NCBI RefSeq assembly: GCF_000143415.4
Contig: NW_003314285.1
Coordinates: 1,081,370-1,145,369 of the forward strand
Source of the DNA: Selaginella moellendorffii
Taxonomy: Eukaryota > Plantae > Lycopodiophyta
Length of the DNA: 64,000 bases
Direction of reading: 5' to 3'
In this document: positions 25,461 through 37,711 of the stretch, in pieces
Layout: each line of letters opens with the position of its first letter
Position numbering within the stretch: the stretch's first letter is position 1
Program-made: the position numbers and the translations under genes
Notes under the pieces: model-generated
What the model saw: only the letters and a program-made list of their open reading frames with translations
Told to the model about the DNA's origin: nothing
The model's database searches: none

Positions 25461-27372
25461 ATGGAGTGCTCTGAGAGCTATGGAATGCTGCCGTGTTCCA
25501 CGCGAGTGGTCGGCAATCTCTACCTCTTGGCGACGTATGGATTCGTCATGCTCAAGGCGGCGCAGCTCTTGTCCGATGGGAGCGAGCTGCTGCTCACGGT
25601 GCTCAACCCGGGGATCATCGGCGGCCTGCTGCTCCCGATTCTTGGATCCCTACCGGATGCGCTCCTCATTCTCGGTGAGTTCTCGCGGATTCTCTGGATT
25701 AGATCGGGAGCTCATTCGATTTGCGTCTTTTCAGTGTCGGGACTGGGAGGGAATCAAGAGACCGCGCAGTCGCAAGTTTCAGTTGGAATGGGATTGCTTG
25801 CCGGATCGACGATAATGCTGCTGACGCTCTTGTGGGGTAGCTGTCTCTTTGTTGGCCGCTGTGACTTATACCCCGTTCATGCCGATTTGGTCGCCAAGGA
25901 CCGCACGCTCACAAGAGGTTTCAGCTTGACTGGTATGAATTTTTATCTTGGTTTGAAACGAACTAAGTGGATCGATTCGATTCTTCTTCTTCTTCTTGTT
26001 TTTTGTTCTTGTTTTTTTCCTAGGAACTGGAATCACAACTGATTCTCAGACCACTGTTTCGGCGTGGATAATGATCGCCACTGTTTTTCCTTACGTTCTG
26101 GCGCAGCTCCCGCATTTGCTACACCGGCCGTCGTATGGACATCCGTTTGCGGTGGTGAGCTGCGTGATCTCGTTCTGTGCCCTCTTCATCTACTGCGGCT
26201 ACCAGGTTTGTTTTTATCTTTTTGTCCCGAAGCCTGATCCTCAGTGACATGGTTGACTCTCAGGTTGTGTCGCCATGGATTCAACAGAGGAGGATTTACT
26301 TTGCAAGGCATCGATACCGCCAGTCGCATGCTCTGCACAGAGTTCACGTCTACTCTACTCAGCAAGCTTGGGGAGGTCTGTTTCTCGAGGATGGGGTCAC
26401 TCCAAACAAAGATGCTCTTCTCAGGTAAGGAAATCTTCCACAAAGTTTTTGACTGAAAAGCCCCGATGTGTTTGCAGAATTTTTGGATACTTTGATGAAA
26501 ATGATGATGGTCATCTCTCGGAGAGGGAGCTGAGGGGTCTTATCGTGGGCCTGGGTATAACGCACGAGACGCATCTTCCCGAGGAGGAAGAGGTCCAAAA
26601 CTGGCTCAAAGAGTTCGACACCTCCAGGGATGATAAGGTGTCGCAGGAAGAGTTCGTTGCCGCCATCACCAAGTGGATGAGAAGCTTTCGCGCCAAGGAT
26701 TCCCATAGAGACAATCCCGAGTACTGGGACTCACAGGCCAAGGACGCTCGCTCATCTCTGGATGCTTTGCTAGAGCAGCAGCCAGATGACGACGAAGACG
26801 ATGACGAGCAGGATAAGCAGAATCCAAAGCAGGTTATCTTAAAAGCATCGGCATTCATCCTCGCTGGGGCAGTCATCGCCGGAGTATTCGCGGACCCTTT
26901 GGTCGACGCGATTGACAACTTCTCCAAAGCAAGCAAGATTCCATCCTTCTTCGTCGCTTTCGTAGCAACTCCACTGGCGACCAACTCGAGCGAAGCGGTG
27001 TCATCTCTTATGTTCGCTGCGAGGAAGAAGAAGCGGAACATCTCCATGACTTACTCGCAGGTATATGCAAAACTTCGTAAGCTTTTTGTTTGCCGAGGCT
27101 CACGACTTTTATCATACGCACAGATATACGGTGCTGTTACACTCAACAACACGCTCTGCCTCGGAGTTTTCCTGGCCATTGTCTGTGCCAGAAGACTTGT
27201 ATGGGACTTCTCCTCGGAGGTAACTGTGATAGCAGTAGTCACCTTTCTGGTGGGACTGCTCGGGGGAAAGAGGACTACGTTTCGGCTGTACATGGCATTG
27301 GCAGTACTCTCGTTGTATCCGCTATCCATTGCTTTGGTAGCGGGTCTGGACTACGGGCTTGGATGGCACTGA
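25461..27372 (+). CDS. NCL: NCL-type Na+/Ca2+ exchanger-like protein with two EF hands, 6 exons
   Basis: CSESYGMLPCS, GGLLLPILGSLPDAL, EF hands DENDDGHLSERE and DTSRDDKVSQEE, PLATNSSEAVSS; short GT-AG introns. Confidence 0.92.
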
Positions 27373-27937
27373 GGCCAACTGATGGATTCTCCAGTCCGGG
27401 TACGGTGTTTTTGTTGCTTTCAACACGCTAATCAATCAATCGCGCTCTTTCTCGTGCCGAGCAACAACGGGGGTCATGTGAAAGGATAGGAATTGTAAGT
27501 AAAGCAGGCAACAGGGACAGGGTTGACTTGTTGGATTCGGGAGACGACGTGTTGCACGACGACCGCGATCTTTTGCTGGAGAACAAGTGGCTTTCAGTGT
27601 ACGTTTTATGTTTTTATTGAGAACTTCTCAGCTGCTGAAGTCCGTCAAGATATCTGGGTACGTGTGCTCCCGGTTTGATTTTTCCAGGGACTGTGCCAAA
27701 AGTTGGGACAAGCAAGCAACTTTTGTTTGATGGGAGTCATTGGCACTGATTTTTCTGTTTGTCACAACTTTTAGAAGGATATATCAATATCAGTAATTGG
27801 TTTGACTATCTTCATAGTTTCTTGCCTGCATAGTTTCTTGCATATTGCCGATTATTTGCTTGTATCAAAACCAGTGAGATCAAGCAACTTTTGTTTGATT
27901 GTGTCTTTTTGATAGAAAAAAAAAGACGAAGAAACAC

Positions 27938-28011
27938 TGGCTTCATCCAGGTTCGAACTGGAGACCTTCAGTGTGTTCGACTGACGTGATGACCAACTAC
28001 ACCATGAAACC
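27938..28011 (-). tRNA. trnV-AAC: tRNA-Val(AAC) with non-canonical G33
   Basis: GGTTTCATGGTGTAGTTGGTCATCACGTCAGTCGAACACACTGAAGGTCTCCAGTTCGAACCTGGATGAAGCCA forms a full cloverleaf with A and B boxes; T-run terminator downstream (A-run at 27916-27924 on +). Confidence 0.88.
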
Positions 28012-28335
28012 TTTACAAGGTTTATTTGGAGTTACTAATTAACTACACTGAACTCTTAATAAACTGAAGTTCCCGGGTTCGAATCTCTGTAGAACATTGA
28101 GAATCTTTAAAGCGACCTTATAATTTCTCCTTCCCCTTTCATTCAATCATGAGGAAAGCGCACTGCCATCCCTGCTTGGAGTAGACGGCTTAGGGTTTTC
28201 TGGATCGTCGCTGCGGAGATCGGTCAGGGGATGTAGGCGATCGTCGTCGCGAGCGCGCAGCAGCTCAGATGTGCTGCGATTGCTCTAGATCTCCTGAAAT
28301 TCTGGTTTGGATCAGGGTACGGTGAAATCCTAGCA

Positions 28336-30438
28336 ATGGGAGGCTGTGTGTCGCTGCAAAAGGAAAAGGATCATCCTCGCGGGAGGAAGCGCGATCGGAG
28401 GCAGGGATTTCGGACGCGATTCAAGGGCCTCCCTTTGGAGGAAGAAGCGATTGATGGGAATTTGAATGGAGATCATGGGCAGTCCGGGAGAAGGACTCTG
28501 GGATTCATACTCAACGAGAAAGAGCCTTCTCATCAACATCAAAAGTCGCTTGGTACGTTTTTCCTTTTTGTCGTCCATTCAATCGACCGACCATTTTAGG
28601 AAGCACCGAGGAGAATTGGTATGACGCGGAAGCAAGATTTACCTCGGATTCGGATGACGAATTCATGAGCGTGTGTGGGGGTAAGTCTTAAAGGTCGATT
28701 TTTTTCCTTCGTTTGTGTGTCCCACTTTTCCAACTCGTGAGTCGTGACATTGTTTAGATTTTTCGTCCGCGGCGAATTCCTTGAATCCCCCTAGTGTGCC
28801 GACAACGCCTCGTCCAACACTCGCCAATTTAAAGGAGGAGATGTTGAGAGTCGACACAGTAGTGTCTCCGAAAACCGCCAATGGTTTCGCCGTAGCCGAC
28901 GAGCATCTTCTCAGCAGTAAACTCCATCCGGAAGAGGACAAGAAGAGCTCTGTGTCTCTCGGAAGGAGGTTGATCGATGCCACTCCCAGGAATTCCAGCG
29001 TCAGTGTTGCTCCGGTCAGTGATGCTTCCACTGAGTTCGAGATGGGAAAGCACGCAAGCCAGCACCAGCAGCAGGCAAAGGAATTCGAGGGCTGCTTGCC
29101 ATGCCTGCTAACAAGCGTCTCGTTCGAGAAGAAGAGTCCTCAGCGGCGACGATCGTTTCGACTGTTCTCGTTCAAGAGACGCTCGGATGTTAACGACAGT
29201 TTCGAGCTGCGTAAGTGTTTTGTATCTCCAACGTTTTCGTGTGACTTATGCTTGCGATCTGGCAAGTGCAGATGATATGTCCAAAGTTCTTCACCGGCCC
29301 ATTGCAGCTACTCAAGTTCCTATGTCGGACGGCTCGGTCGAAGGCAGCTGGTCTAGAATATGTCCGTCGACCTTCAAACTAAGATCCCGTAACTACATGA
29401 AGTGTGTTGTTTCCCGTTTTGATGTTGGCATTGCTTGCTAACTAGTTTTTCCTCACAGGGATAAGAAAAAGCAAGCTGCGTCCAAGTTTTCAATCTTCGA
29501 GGCTGCTGGTGTGGATGTTTTCCTGTCGCCAAAGAAAATCGATCATGTCGCTCGGTTTGTGGATCTATCGCATATTGTAGACGGAAATCCAGAGGACAAG
29601 TTCCCCTCTTTGTTTATTTTCAACATTCAGGTTTGTATCTATCTTCGTTTTCTATGGGTTTGATGACGTTTCCTTTAGGTGCCTATGTACTCTGCCTCAA
29701 TGTTTCCAGCTGAGAACAATGGCGAAGGTTTGAACCTGGTTTTCTATTACAGAATGTCGGAAGAGTTCAAGAGGAACGGCCCTCCGTATCTAAAAGACAT
29801 GCTATCTGTGAGTCTCTTGTTTTATAATCGCGTGTGAAGAATTCCTTGTTTTGTTCCAGAAATTACTCGACGACGAACAGGAGAAGGTCAGAGGCCTTGT
29901 TGGAGAGACAATCGTTTCGTTCAGGGAGAGGCTAAAGATTGTGGCCAGAGTTTTGAATCCTGATGAGATACATCTCAGTGCTCCGGAGAAGAGGCTGGTT
30001 GTGACTTCAAATGAGAAGCCCGTTCTTTCTCGTCCACAGCACTCGTTTCACAAGGTCCGTTTTAGTTTTCTTAGCTAGATCGCATCGTTCTCATGGATGA
30101 CTTCCATGATCCAGGGTCCCGGCTACCTCGAGGTGGATTTGGACGTTCATCGCTTTAACTTCATTGCGCGGAAGGCAGTGGAATCTTTCCGAGAGAGGCT
30201 GAAGCTGTGTGTTTTAGACATTGGCCTTACAATCCAGGTGCGTAGTAGTAGTCATTCACAAGTTTTCTTCCTTCGTCGTGACTGTTCTTTGTTTTCTTCC
30301 TTCCAGGGAAACAAAGCGGAAGAGCTGCCAGAGCAAATGCTCTGTTGTGCTCGAATAAATAGATTAAACGTTGGTAGCTACAAGTATTTGAGCTGTGAAG
30401 ACGACGCTGCTGGAACGCCTCGAAGCAGGCGGGATTAA
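28336..30438 (+). CDS. DUF1336 / EDR2 C-terminal domain protein, multi-exon
   Basis: MGGCVS (myristoylation-type N-terminus), SWSRICPSTFKLRSRNY, FRERLKIVARVLN, NEKPVLSRPQHSF, YLEVDLDVHRF, EELPEQMLCC. Confidence 0.88.
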
Positions 30439-30534
30439 TTAAGAGTTTGCGATGTAAATAATTTGCTCTGAATTAAAATTTCGTGAGGGGATTCGAACCG
30501 CGACGTTTTCAATCACTCTTTATTTTTAGGGCTC

Positions 30535-31959
30535 ATGATGTCGGTACCATTCGAGCTCGTGGACGAAGAGGAAATGCAAGCGATCGAGGCCGCGCTGCGG
30601 CAAGCTAGCGCTTTCCATCGCAGCAGGATGCTGACGGCAGCAGCACGAGCTCAATCGAGCCTGGTTCTGGTGAGTGCGAGCGAAATATTTTCGATTGTTT
30701 CGTGTTTTGAGCGTTTCGGGCATAGAGTGTGTCATCGGAGGTGAGAGACATTGAGGATTCGGCGCCATTGCCAGCGGCATTGCGATTTCCATTGAAGAAG
30801 AGCCTGTGTGTGACCGACATGACGGCATTGGTGAGCAAAGCAATGCTAGTTTTTAAGATTTGTTGCTGAGTTGATTGACAGGAATGGTGTGAGAAACAAG
30901 TGGAGTTTTCTTTCTTGCGTGGGAAGCCTCCGAAAACTTCCGCAATGCAAGCCGGGAGCGCCCGGCACGTAGAGCTCGAATCGGAGGTAGCATTCTTTTC
31001 TTCGGCTTTCCTTCGTTTACTTCCTTTCGTTTCCAAAGCAGGTTGTTAAGAGAGTGGATGTTGATATACGAACGAGAGAAGATTTCTGGGCTGTTCGATT
31101 CATCAATTATTTGGTTGGCACTAGGCAGCTTCTAGCCGAAGGCCTCACGAGAGAACTTCCCATGTAAGCTAGAACAAAAGACTAGAACATGAGCTTGCTT
31201 CTTACAATCTTTGTTTTTGCAGAGTAGCATTTGTGGAAGGCAACTGGTGGACTGGTATCATTGACGAGTTGATGCTACCCGAAGGTAGTGCCGGACCTCG
31301 CCTAATTGATACGAAAACACGCTTACGTCAGTCTCTTCCATCCGACGCTCAAAAACGAAATGGAAGGTGCTCGTCTGTGTGTCTTTGCACGCTGATAGTA
31401 TTCTTTGTGGCTTTACAGGTTGCAGCTAATGTGCTACAAACGTCTGTGGGACACATTGTGCGAGCAAGCTATCCCTTTGGATGAGTTTTTCTCAAACTTT
31501 GAGCTCGATCCTCTACAGGAGCTGTCCCTTAGCATAAGGTCGCATATTGTTGACATAAAGCTCAGCTCTAAAGTAAGTGAATGCTATGTGACTCGTTTTC
31601 TGATAAATAGCTGGTTTTGAAAAGGTGGATTGTTTAAAGGAATTACTCGGCGTTCTTCAAGAAAGTTGTACTGTCCTTCCTCTTGCTGACCAGCTATTGA
31701 AGCTAAGGTATGACTCGTTTGGAAATTCACCTCTATAGAAAAAACCTTTTGGTCTGCCAGATACGAGTGGCAAGTTGATCGCTCTTTAATTGGCGAGGAG
31801 GAGTTTATGTTTGACCCCGACTGGTTGAAACAGAGAATCCAGTTCCATCTGCAGTTTTGGAATGGTAGTAGGGAGTCACATCTTGTGTCGCAGAGCGACG
31901 AGTGGAAGTGCAGATTTTGTGCATTTGCTGACCGATGCAAAAGTGAAAATCAACGCTGA
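30535..31959 (+). CDS. EXO5: Exonuclease V (EXO5/DEM1 family, Fe-S PD-(D/E)xK nuclease), multi-exon
   Basis: VPFELVDEEEMQAIEAAL, CVTDM...WCEKQVEF, AMQAGSARH, GIIDEL, LIDTKTR, QLMCYKRLWD, C-terminal WKCRFCAFADRC. Confidence 0.88.
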
Positions 31960-32219
31960 TTCATGCTGCGTGGCTTGCATGACTCTCACGGCAAGCTCAA
32001 GGTCCGTGTATGTTTGGAACTGCTCCTTCTAAGTGTGCTTCACCATATAGGTGGAGGGACTTCGATCTCGTTTGAATTCATGTAGACGATCTACCGTTTA
32101 GACAATTTTGGAGTCAAAGGCGAGGTAAACTTTTGATGCATTTTTGCGTCTACGGTCTTAACGAAGCATTCAGTCCGTGACGAGCTTACCAACGACTAGA
32201 GCAGATCAATCGTTCAGCA

Positions 32220-33160
32220 ATGAGCGCTGTGCTTGTGCTCGCACTAGCACTTGCAGCTCGTATGTTTTCTCAGGCACTGGGAGGTATGTGTGTGGATTTC
32301 TGGCTTGTAAAACTGTTTTAACACGTGCTATGTTATGCAGGCTGTGCTCTCGCTTTCAGCTCCTTTGTAAATTCGAGAATCAGTAGCCGTGATCCGGAGA
32401 AGTTTTGCACGAACACGGCTGGATGCCTGTATAGAGTTCTAGCTCTCCGTGCAAACACCACTGTGGGCCAGCCATTGTTCGTGCATCTGGAAGACTGCTG
32501 GGAAACTATTTCTGGCTTGGATCCGGGGCACAAGTGTCGAAATGTTTTGGAGCTGTTCTTGCCGAACCACACCCAGCCGTGTAAGTTTGATACCATGCAA
32601 GATCTACAGTGGAGCTTTGAACTCACCAGGCTCAAATTCGAGGAGCTCTTGCAAAGCTGTAGAAGTTCGTTGGACAACTGTTCGGGGGCTCTAAGCTACG
32701 ATGTCTTGCAACTGGAAATCAGTGTGAAGGATTTGCAACAGAGATGCGGAGATGCAGTTCGAGTTGCATTGCTCAGCACCGACGTCTTTGATGATTTCTG
32801 GGCACAGCGTGTTTTGACAGCCATGGCTTACTTCAAAATGACTAAATCCATGTTCGTGTCTCCATATGCATATAGCTAAGTTTCAAAGGTAAAATTCATG
32901 CTCTTTTCTATTTCCTAACATCCTCCTGTCCCCATGCAGAGCGTGCGTATACAATTTCGTTGATATGTTTATGTGTTACTCGGAATGACGGCCACAGTTT
33001 TGAAATGCATTTTCTTGAAAGTGAAGGATCCTTTGGGACGAGTTCACCACTCAGCGGTACATGGAATGTTGCTGTTAAGAATTCTTGGAACTTAAGATGC
33101 GATGCTTGGTGTTGTGTTCTACAGGAACTTGAGGATAGTAAAGCTGTGGAAAGCATCTGA
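32220..33160 (+). CDS. Secreted Cys-containing protein with a SPARK-like ectodomain; 3' end uncertain, possibly a pseudogene
   Basis: Signal-peptide exon 32220-32283, intron 32284-32340, in-phase exon GCALAF...VLALRANTTVGQPLF...DCW with SPARK-like Cys spacing. No kinase domain follows. Confidence 0.5.
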
Positions 33161-33524
33161 GTATAGCAGCATTTTGTTCTCAAGCCACACACAGATTGTC
33201 TTATACTTCGAGAGAGAATTTTTTATGAATAGCAATTGCGTCCTCTTGTGTAGGTGACGTTCCTCCCATTCCATTCTAAATGCCTAAAACGTCATATTCT
33301 TTTTGAGGACAATGGTTTTTAAACTCTCTCAGTCTTTAATAATTTTATTCTTTTCGACACACTGATCTTCAATCCCTTTGAAAAACTATTTTCCATTTAA
33401 ATCCCATTTCATAATTTAAATACTTTCCCATGGATTTTGTTCATAGCCACCTCAAGAATTTAATATGTAAACAAAATAGAAATTTAAAAGAAAGAGTTTT
33501 TAATGGCCTTTTGCAAATGAAATA

Positions 33525-33526
<2 letters not shown>

Positions 33527-33575
<49 letters not shown>
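33527..33575. repeat. (TA)n microsatellite inside an AT-rich dispersed repeat (about 33430-33700)
   Basis: Directly visible; the flanks recur inverted at about 54320-54545. Confidence 0.9.
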
Positions 33576-33577
<2 letters not shown>

Positions 33578-34393
33578 TAAAAATTTTAGTTTTTTAAAAA
33601 TATTTTTTACTCTTTTAAAATAATTATTTTAATATATGAATTCAAATAATAGTGAATTTAGTATTTAAATACAAGATCCACTTTGGTAACACTTTATTTA
33701 ATTAGATTATAAAAAGAATGAGTATAGAAAAGAGACAAATAAAAAGTTACTCAGTTACTTTTTTTGGTGATGCATACCATAAAGTGGAATTACATCTATG
33801 TATTAAAATTTTGATGCACAATATTATATTAATATTGACTCTCAGTTATTTATTACTTTCTGTTTTTTTGTTTATTTATTTTTCATGAGATTAAGGTCTA
33901 GAAAGTTAGTGAACTCCTCATTGTCATATACTATAAAAAAATCAAGTCACAATATTAAGAATTGTTTTTAAAAAAATTATATATAAAAACTAACTCAATT
34001 CTCAGGATAAATATTTTTCTAATTAAATTAGAAGAGAGTGATTTCATTTTTATTATGCCTATAATACTTAATAAGATAGCTCATAAATTATATTTTCATC
34101 TATTGTATTTAGATCCATTATTAAAAATACTTACGATATAAGTAAATTTTGATTAACAATCTTCACTTTACAGGATGCAAGGAATAAAGACAAATCAATG
34201 GAAACATTTCAGACTTTTCCTTCTCGATTTCTGAGAACCTGCAGAAATTTATTGATTTTGACACGATGCTTGCGAACTTTCCATTCGTAGGAATGTTTCC
34301 AAATATAAATTAATCTCACAATTATGGTATAAGTTCAACACACTTACCTCTCTATCCTCATCTCTTCCACTCTTTTCTCTTATCTTCTTCTCA

Positions 34394-35993
34394 ATGTCCA
34401 AAATCTCTCAAAGGATTTCCATGGATTCTCTTCTCTACTCCAGCGTTTGGTACTACTGGACGACTTGTCTGTGCTTAGCGATCGCATTCTTTGCGCTGTT
34501 CAATCTCTACTCGAGGAAGAAGGCGCATAGCAATCTTCCACCCGGTCCCTTTTCCTGGCCTCTTGTTGGATCACTGCCCTCTCTCGGCCGCTCCAGGCAC
34601 CGCTCTCTCCATCGTCTCGCCAAGAAGTATGGACCGATCATGTATATGGAGCTGGGAAGCCGTCCTCACGTAATCATCAGCAGCCCCGCGATGGCCAGGG
34701 AGGTTCTCAAGGATCACGATGTCGAGTTTGCGAGCAGGCCCCAGTTCCACACCTTCTTCAAGAACGTAAGCCACGACTATAATGATCTGGTGTTTGCTCC
34801 TCACGGCGAGCGCTGGAAGATGTTGCGGCGAGTGAGTGGCACGGAGATCTTCGCCGCCGGGAGAGTGAACCACTTCTCTGGGATCCGCAAGCGCGAGCTC
34901 GCGGCGTTTGCCTCGATCATCGAGAAGTCGGCGGCTGCCGGGGAGGCGTTTGATCTCACCGCGCTGCTCCACGAGCTCTTCACCAACTTGATGACGTCGG
35001 TTCTCTTCGGCCAGAAGTTCTATAACTCGGACACCCCTGTCACCCTAGAGGCCGAGGCTTATCGCGCTGTGTGGGACACGATCATCGCGGAGTCGGAGCG
35101 GCTGTACATCGGAGACTTCATCCCTGCGCTGCGATGGGTCGACAAGGTCAAGAGGAGCGAGCACAGGCTGAAGAACCAGATCATACCGGCAGTGGAGAAC
35201 TTCCTAAACGCGATCGTCAAGCAGCACAAGGAGAGCTTCGTCGCGGAGAATCCTCCCAGGGACTTTGTGGACGTGATGCTCTCACTGGGTGGCGAGAACA
35301 AGATGGACGACATGGCGATCATCGCACTCCTCCAGGTAAGGAGAAAAAAATCTCTTCTTGCTCGCTAAGAACTCGTGCTCGATTTCTTGATAGAATCTTC
35401 TCGTAGCTGGGACGAACACCTCCAAAGGCACTGTGGAGTGGGCGATGTCCGAGATGATACGCTGCCCCGGCGTCCAGAAGAAGGCGCACGAAGAGCTCGA
35501 CCGGATCGTTGGAAGGAACCGCTGCCTGGAAGAGACAGACCTCAAAGATCTCCCTTACATCCAAGCCATCGTCAAGGAAGTCCTGCGCTTGCATCCACTG
35601 GCCACCACTGGCCTCCCACACAGCAATCCCGCGACCTCCCAGCTCGCCGGCTACACAATCCCGGCCAACACCACGCTGCTCGTCAATATCTGGGGGATCC
35701 ATCACGACCCGGCGAACTGGAGCGATCCCGAGAGCTTCTGCCCAGAGCGATTCCTGGGCAGCGATCACAGCGTCCTGGGGAACCACTTCGATCTCATACC
35801 TTTCGGATCCGGGCGGCGCCGTTGCGTGGGAATGCCGCTGGCGATTCCCCACGTGTCGCTCACGCTGGCCTATCTTCTGCATCGATTCGAGTGGAGGATG
35901 CCGGATGGGCAGGAGATTGACATGGAGGAGACGACGGGGCTGGCGACCATGCCCGCCAAGCGCCGGATTGTCTGTGCCACTGTGAGAAAATGA
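34394..35993 (+). CDS. Cytochrome P450, CYP71 clan, copy 1 (about 513 aa)
   Basis: TM anchor, LPPGP hinge, I-helix AGTNTS, EVLR, PERF, FGSGRRRCVG. Exons 34394-35335 and 35394-35993, phase-0 intron. Confidence 0.96.
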
Positions 35994-36576
35994 ACAACTT
36001 TGCGAGAAAATGAATACCTTTAAAATATTCGTATTTGCAAACTAGGTTATCCCGAAATATTTCGCAAACCTTTGATGCTCCATAAAGGTAGAGGGTAGGG
36101 TTGGAGGATCTGAATTAATGAAGAAGGTTGGCATTCTTCGCTTGCATCAGCATGCCCAATAATTATCCCTTTGCCTGCTGCTGCTGCTGGTTGTTTGCTC
36201 ATCTCAAAGTCAATGATCACAAGAAAACCAAAAGAGCATGGAATGAAAAGGCACAAGCCCAGCTTGTGAAGACAACAAGATTAGTTCTTTGTAGCAACCA
36301 AAAACCCAGGTTCAGAGGACTCCGACTTTGAACCCAGGGTTGCATCGGAGCCATAGATTAAATCATGCACAGCATATAGTATATGCTAGCAGTTAGAACC
36401 GCTAGCCTTTCAAAAGGGGGAATCCGAATTGTGAATCCCTATCTTCATTCCATTGTTTTTCTTATCAATACACAGCATTCTTTTACTCGTGCTTCTTCTC
36501 TGCCCTTGGAGATCGGGCCCTTTTCTCTTTTATTTTCTTACTAACAATAGATTTCCAGCGAAGAAGAGTTTTCACA

Positions 36577-37711
36577 TGTCGCGAATGTGACTTCGAGTAT
36601 CGAAAGTTACCTGTCGGCTAGTCCTTACGGACACTCTTACCTTACTGCCACGATAGCAGGAGGTCAGTATTGCTGGTTCCCTTTATTAGCCCCTCTTGTC
36701 CAAGTGTTAGCTTACTGGGCTTAGCATCTGTACTTAGCCAAATGAACATAAGGTAGGAACTCCTATGTGTTTCTAGCTGAGCATTCTCGGCCTAGCTCTT
36801 AGTTCTCTTTTGCTCTGTCTTGCATTGGCTTGGCAAGAACTCTCGCGTATTGAGATTAGTCCCTCAATATTGCAAGATGATAGCTTACCGTGTCTGCCAA
36901 ACACCCTCGCTATCATGCCCTTTGTGTTAGTCTCATTTCGGTCCCAAATGCTATTTATAGAAAGTGTCTAGATTTGCTTATTTGGCATATCTACGGAATG
37001 TAAAGATCGGCCTGAACACAATGGTGTTCGTCCCATGTCCAAATTCACAATCTAAGGACATTCCATATTTAGTAAGTTTTGAGTTTGTCCCAGAGACTAA
37101 CTCCTGATACTAAGGGAGGCTTGGGGTGAAAGCCCAAAGCGTGTGTTCCTCAAGGGGGGGGGGGGGGCTATGGGGGATTCTAAATGTATAGTAGGGATAG
37201 TGGGTAGGTCGGGTATGGCCGACCAACCTGAGGCATAATCTAGCTCCTGCTTGCGTGTCTGTCCTTGTTCTGCGTCCGACTTGGGTCTAAGCCCAAGTTC
37301 CATTCCATGCTAGCTGGTGGAGTACCCATATCCTCACGTTAGGCCACCGGTATGCCGAAATAGCGCCAGACTCCGTTTGGCTCCGTTTTGCGTGCTGGTC
37401 CTGGCATTGGGATGCTGGTTGCTCCAAGACTGTTCCAAGTCGCTCCGGGCTCCTGTCCCTTTGCTCCTTGGGCTATATGCTCGGGAGTTGCTCCGTGTTC
37501 CGGTTCCATCACTTCTTGGCGTCACGCTTGGGAGTTTGGCACCGTTCCTTCGTTCAGTGGCCCAAGGCTCTGAACCTCGGGTTCCTATGGACACGTGGTA
37601 TGTGACACGTGGCATTTGTCACGTGGCACAAAGAGGGTTTAGGTTCCGCTTCGTGGTGTTATCCTATGGTAAATCACCATAGGATAAAGGGTCAAAACCA
37701 CGTGCGCTACA
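36577..37711 (+). mobile_element. Solo LTR of family A inserted near the 3' end of the family D 5' LTR
   Basis: TGTCGCG...GCGCTACA, 1135 bp, TSD TCACA (36572-36576 and 37712-37716). Confidence 0.93.
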
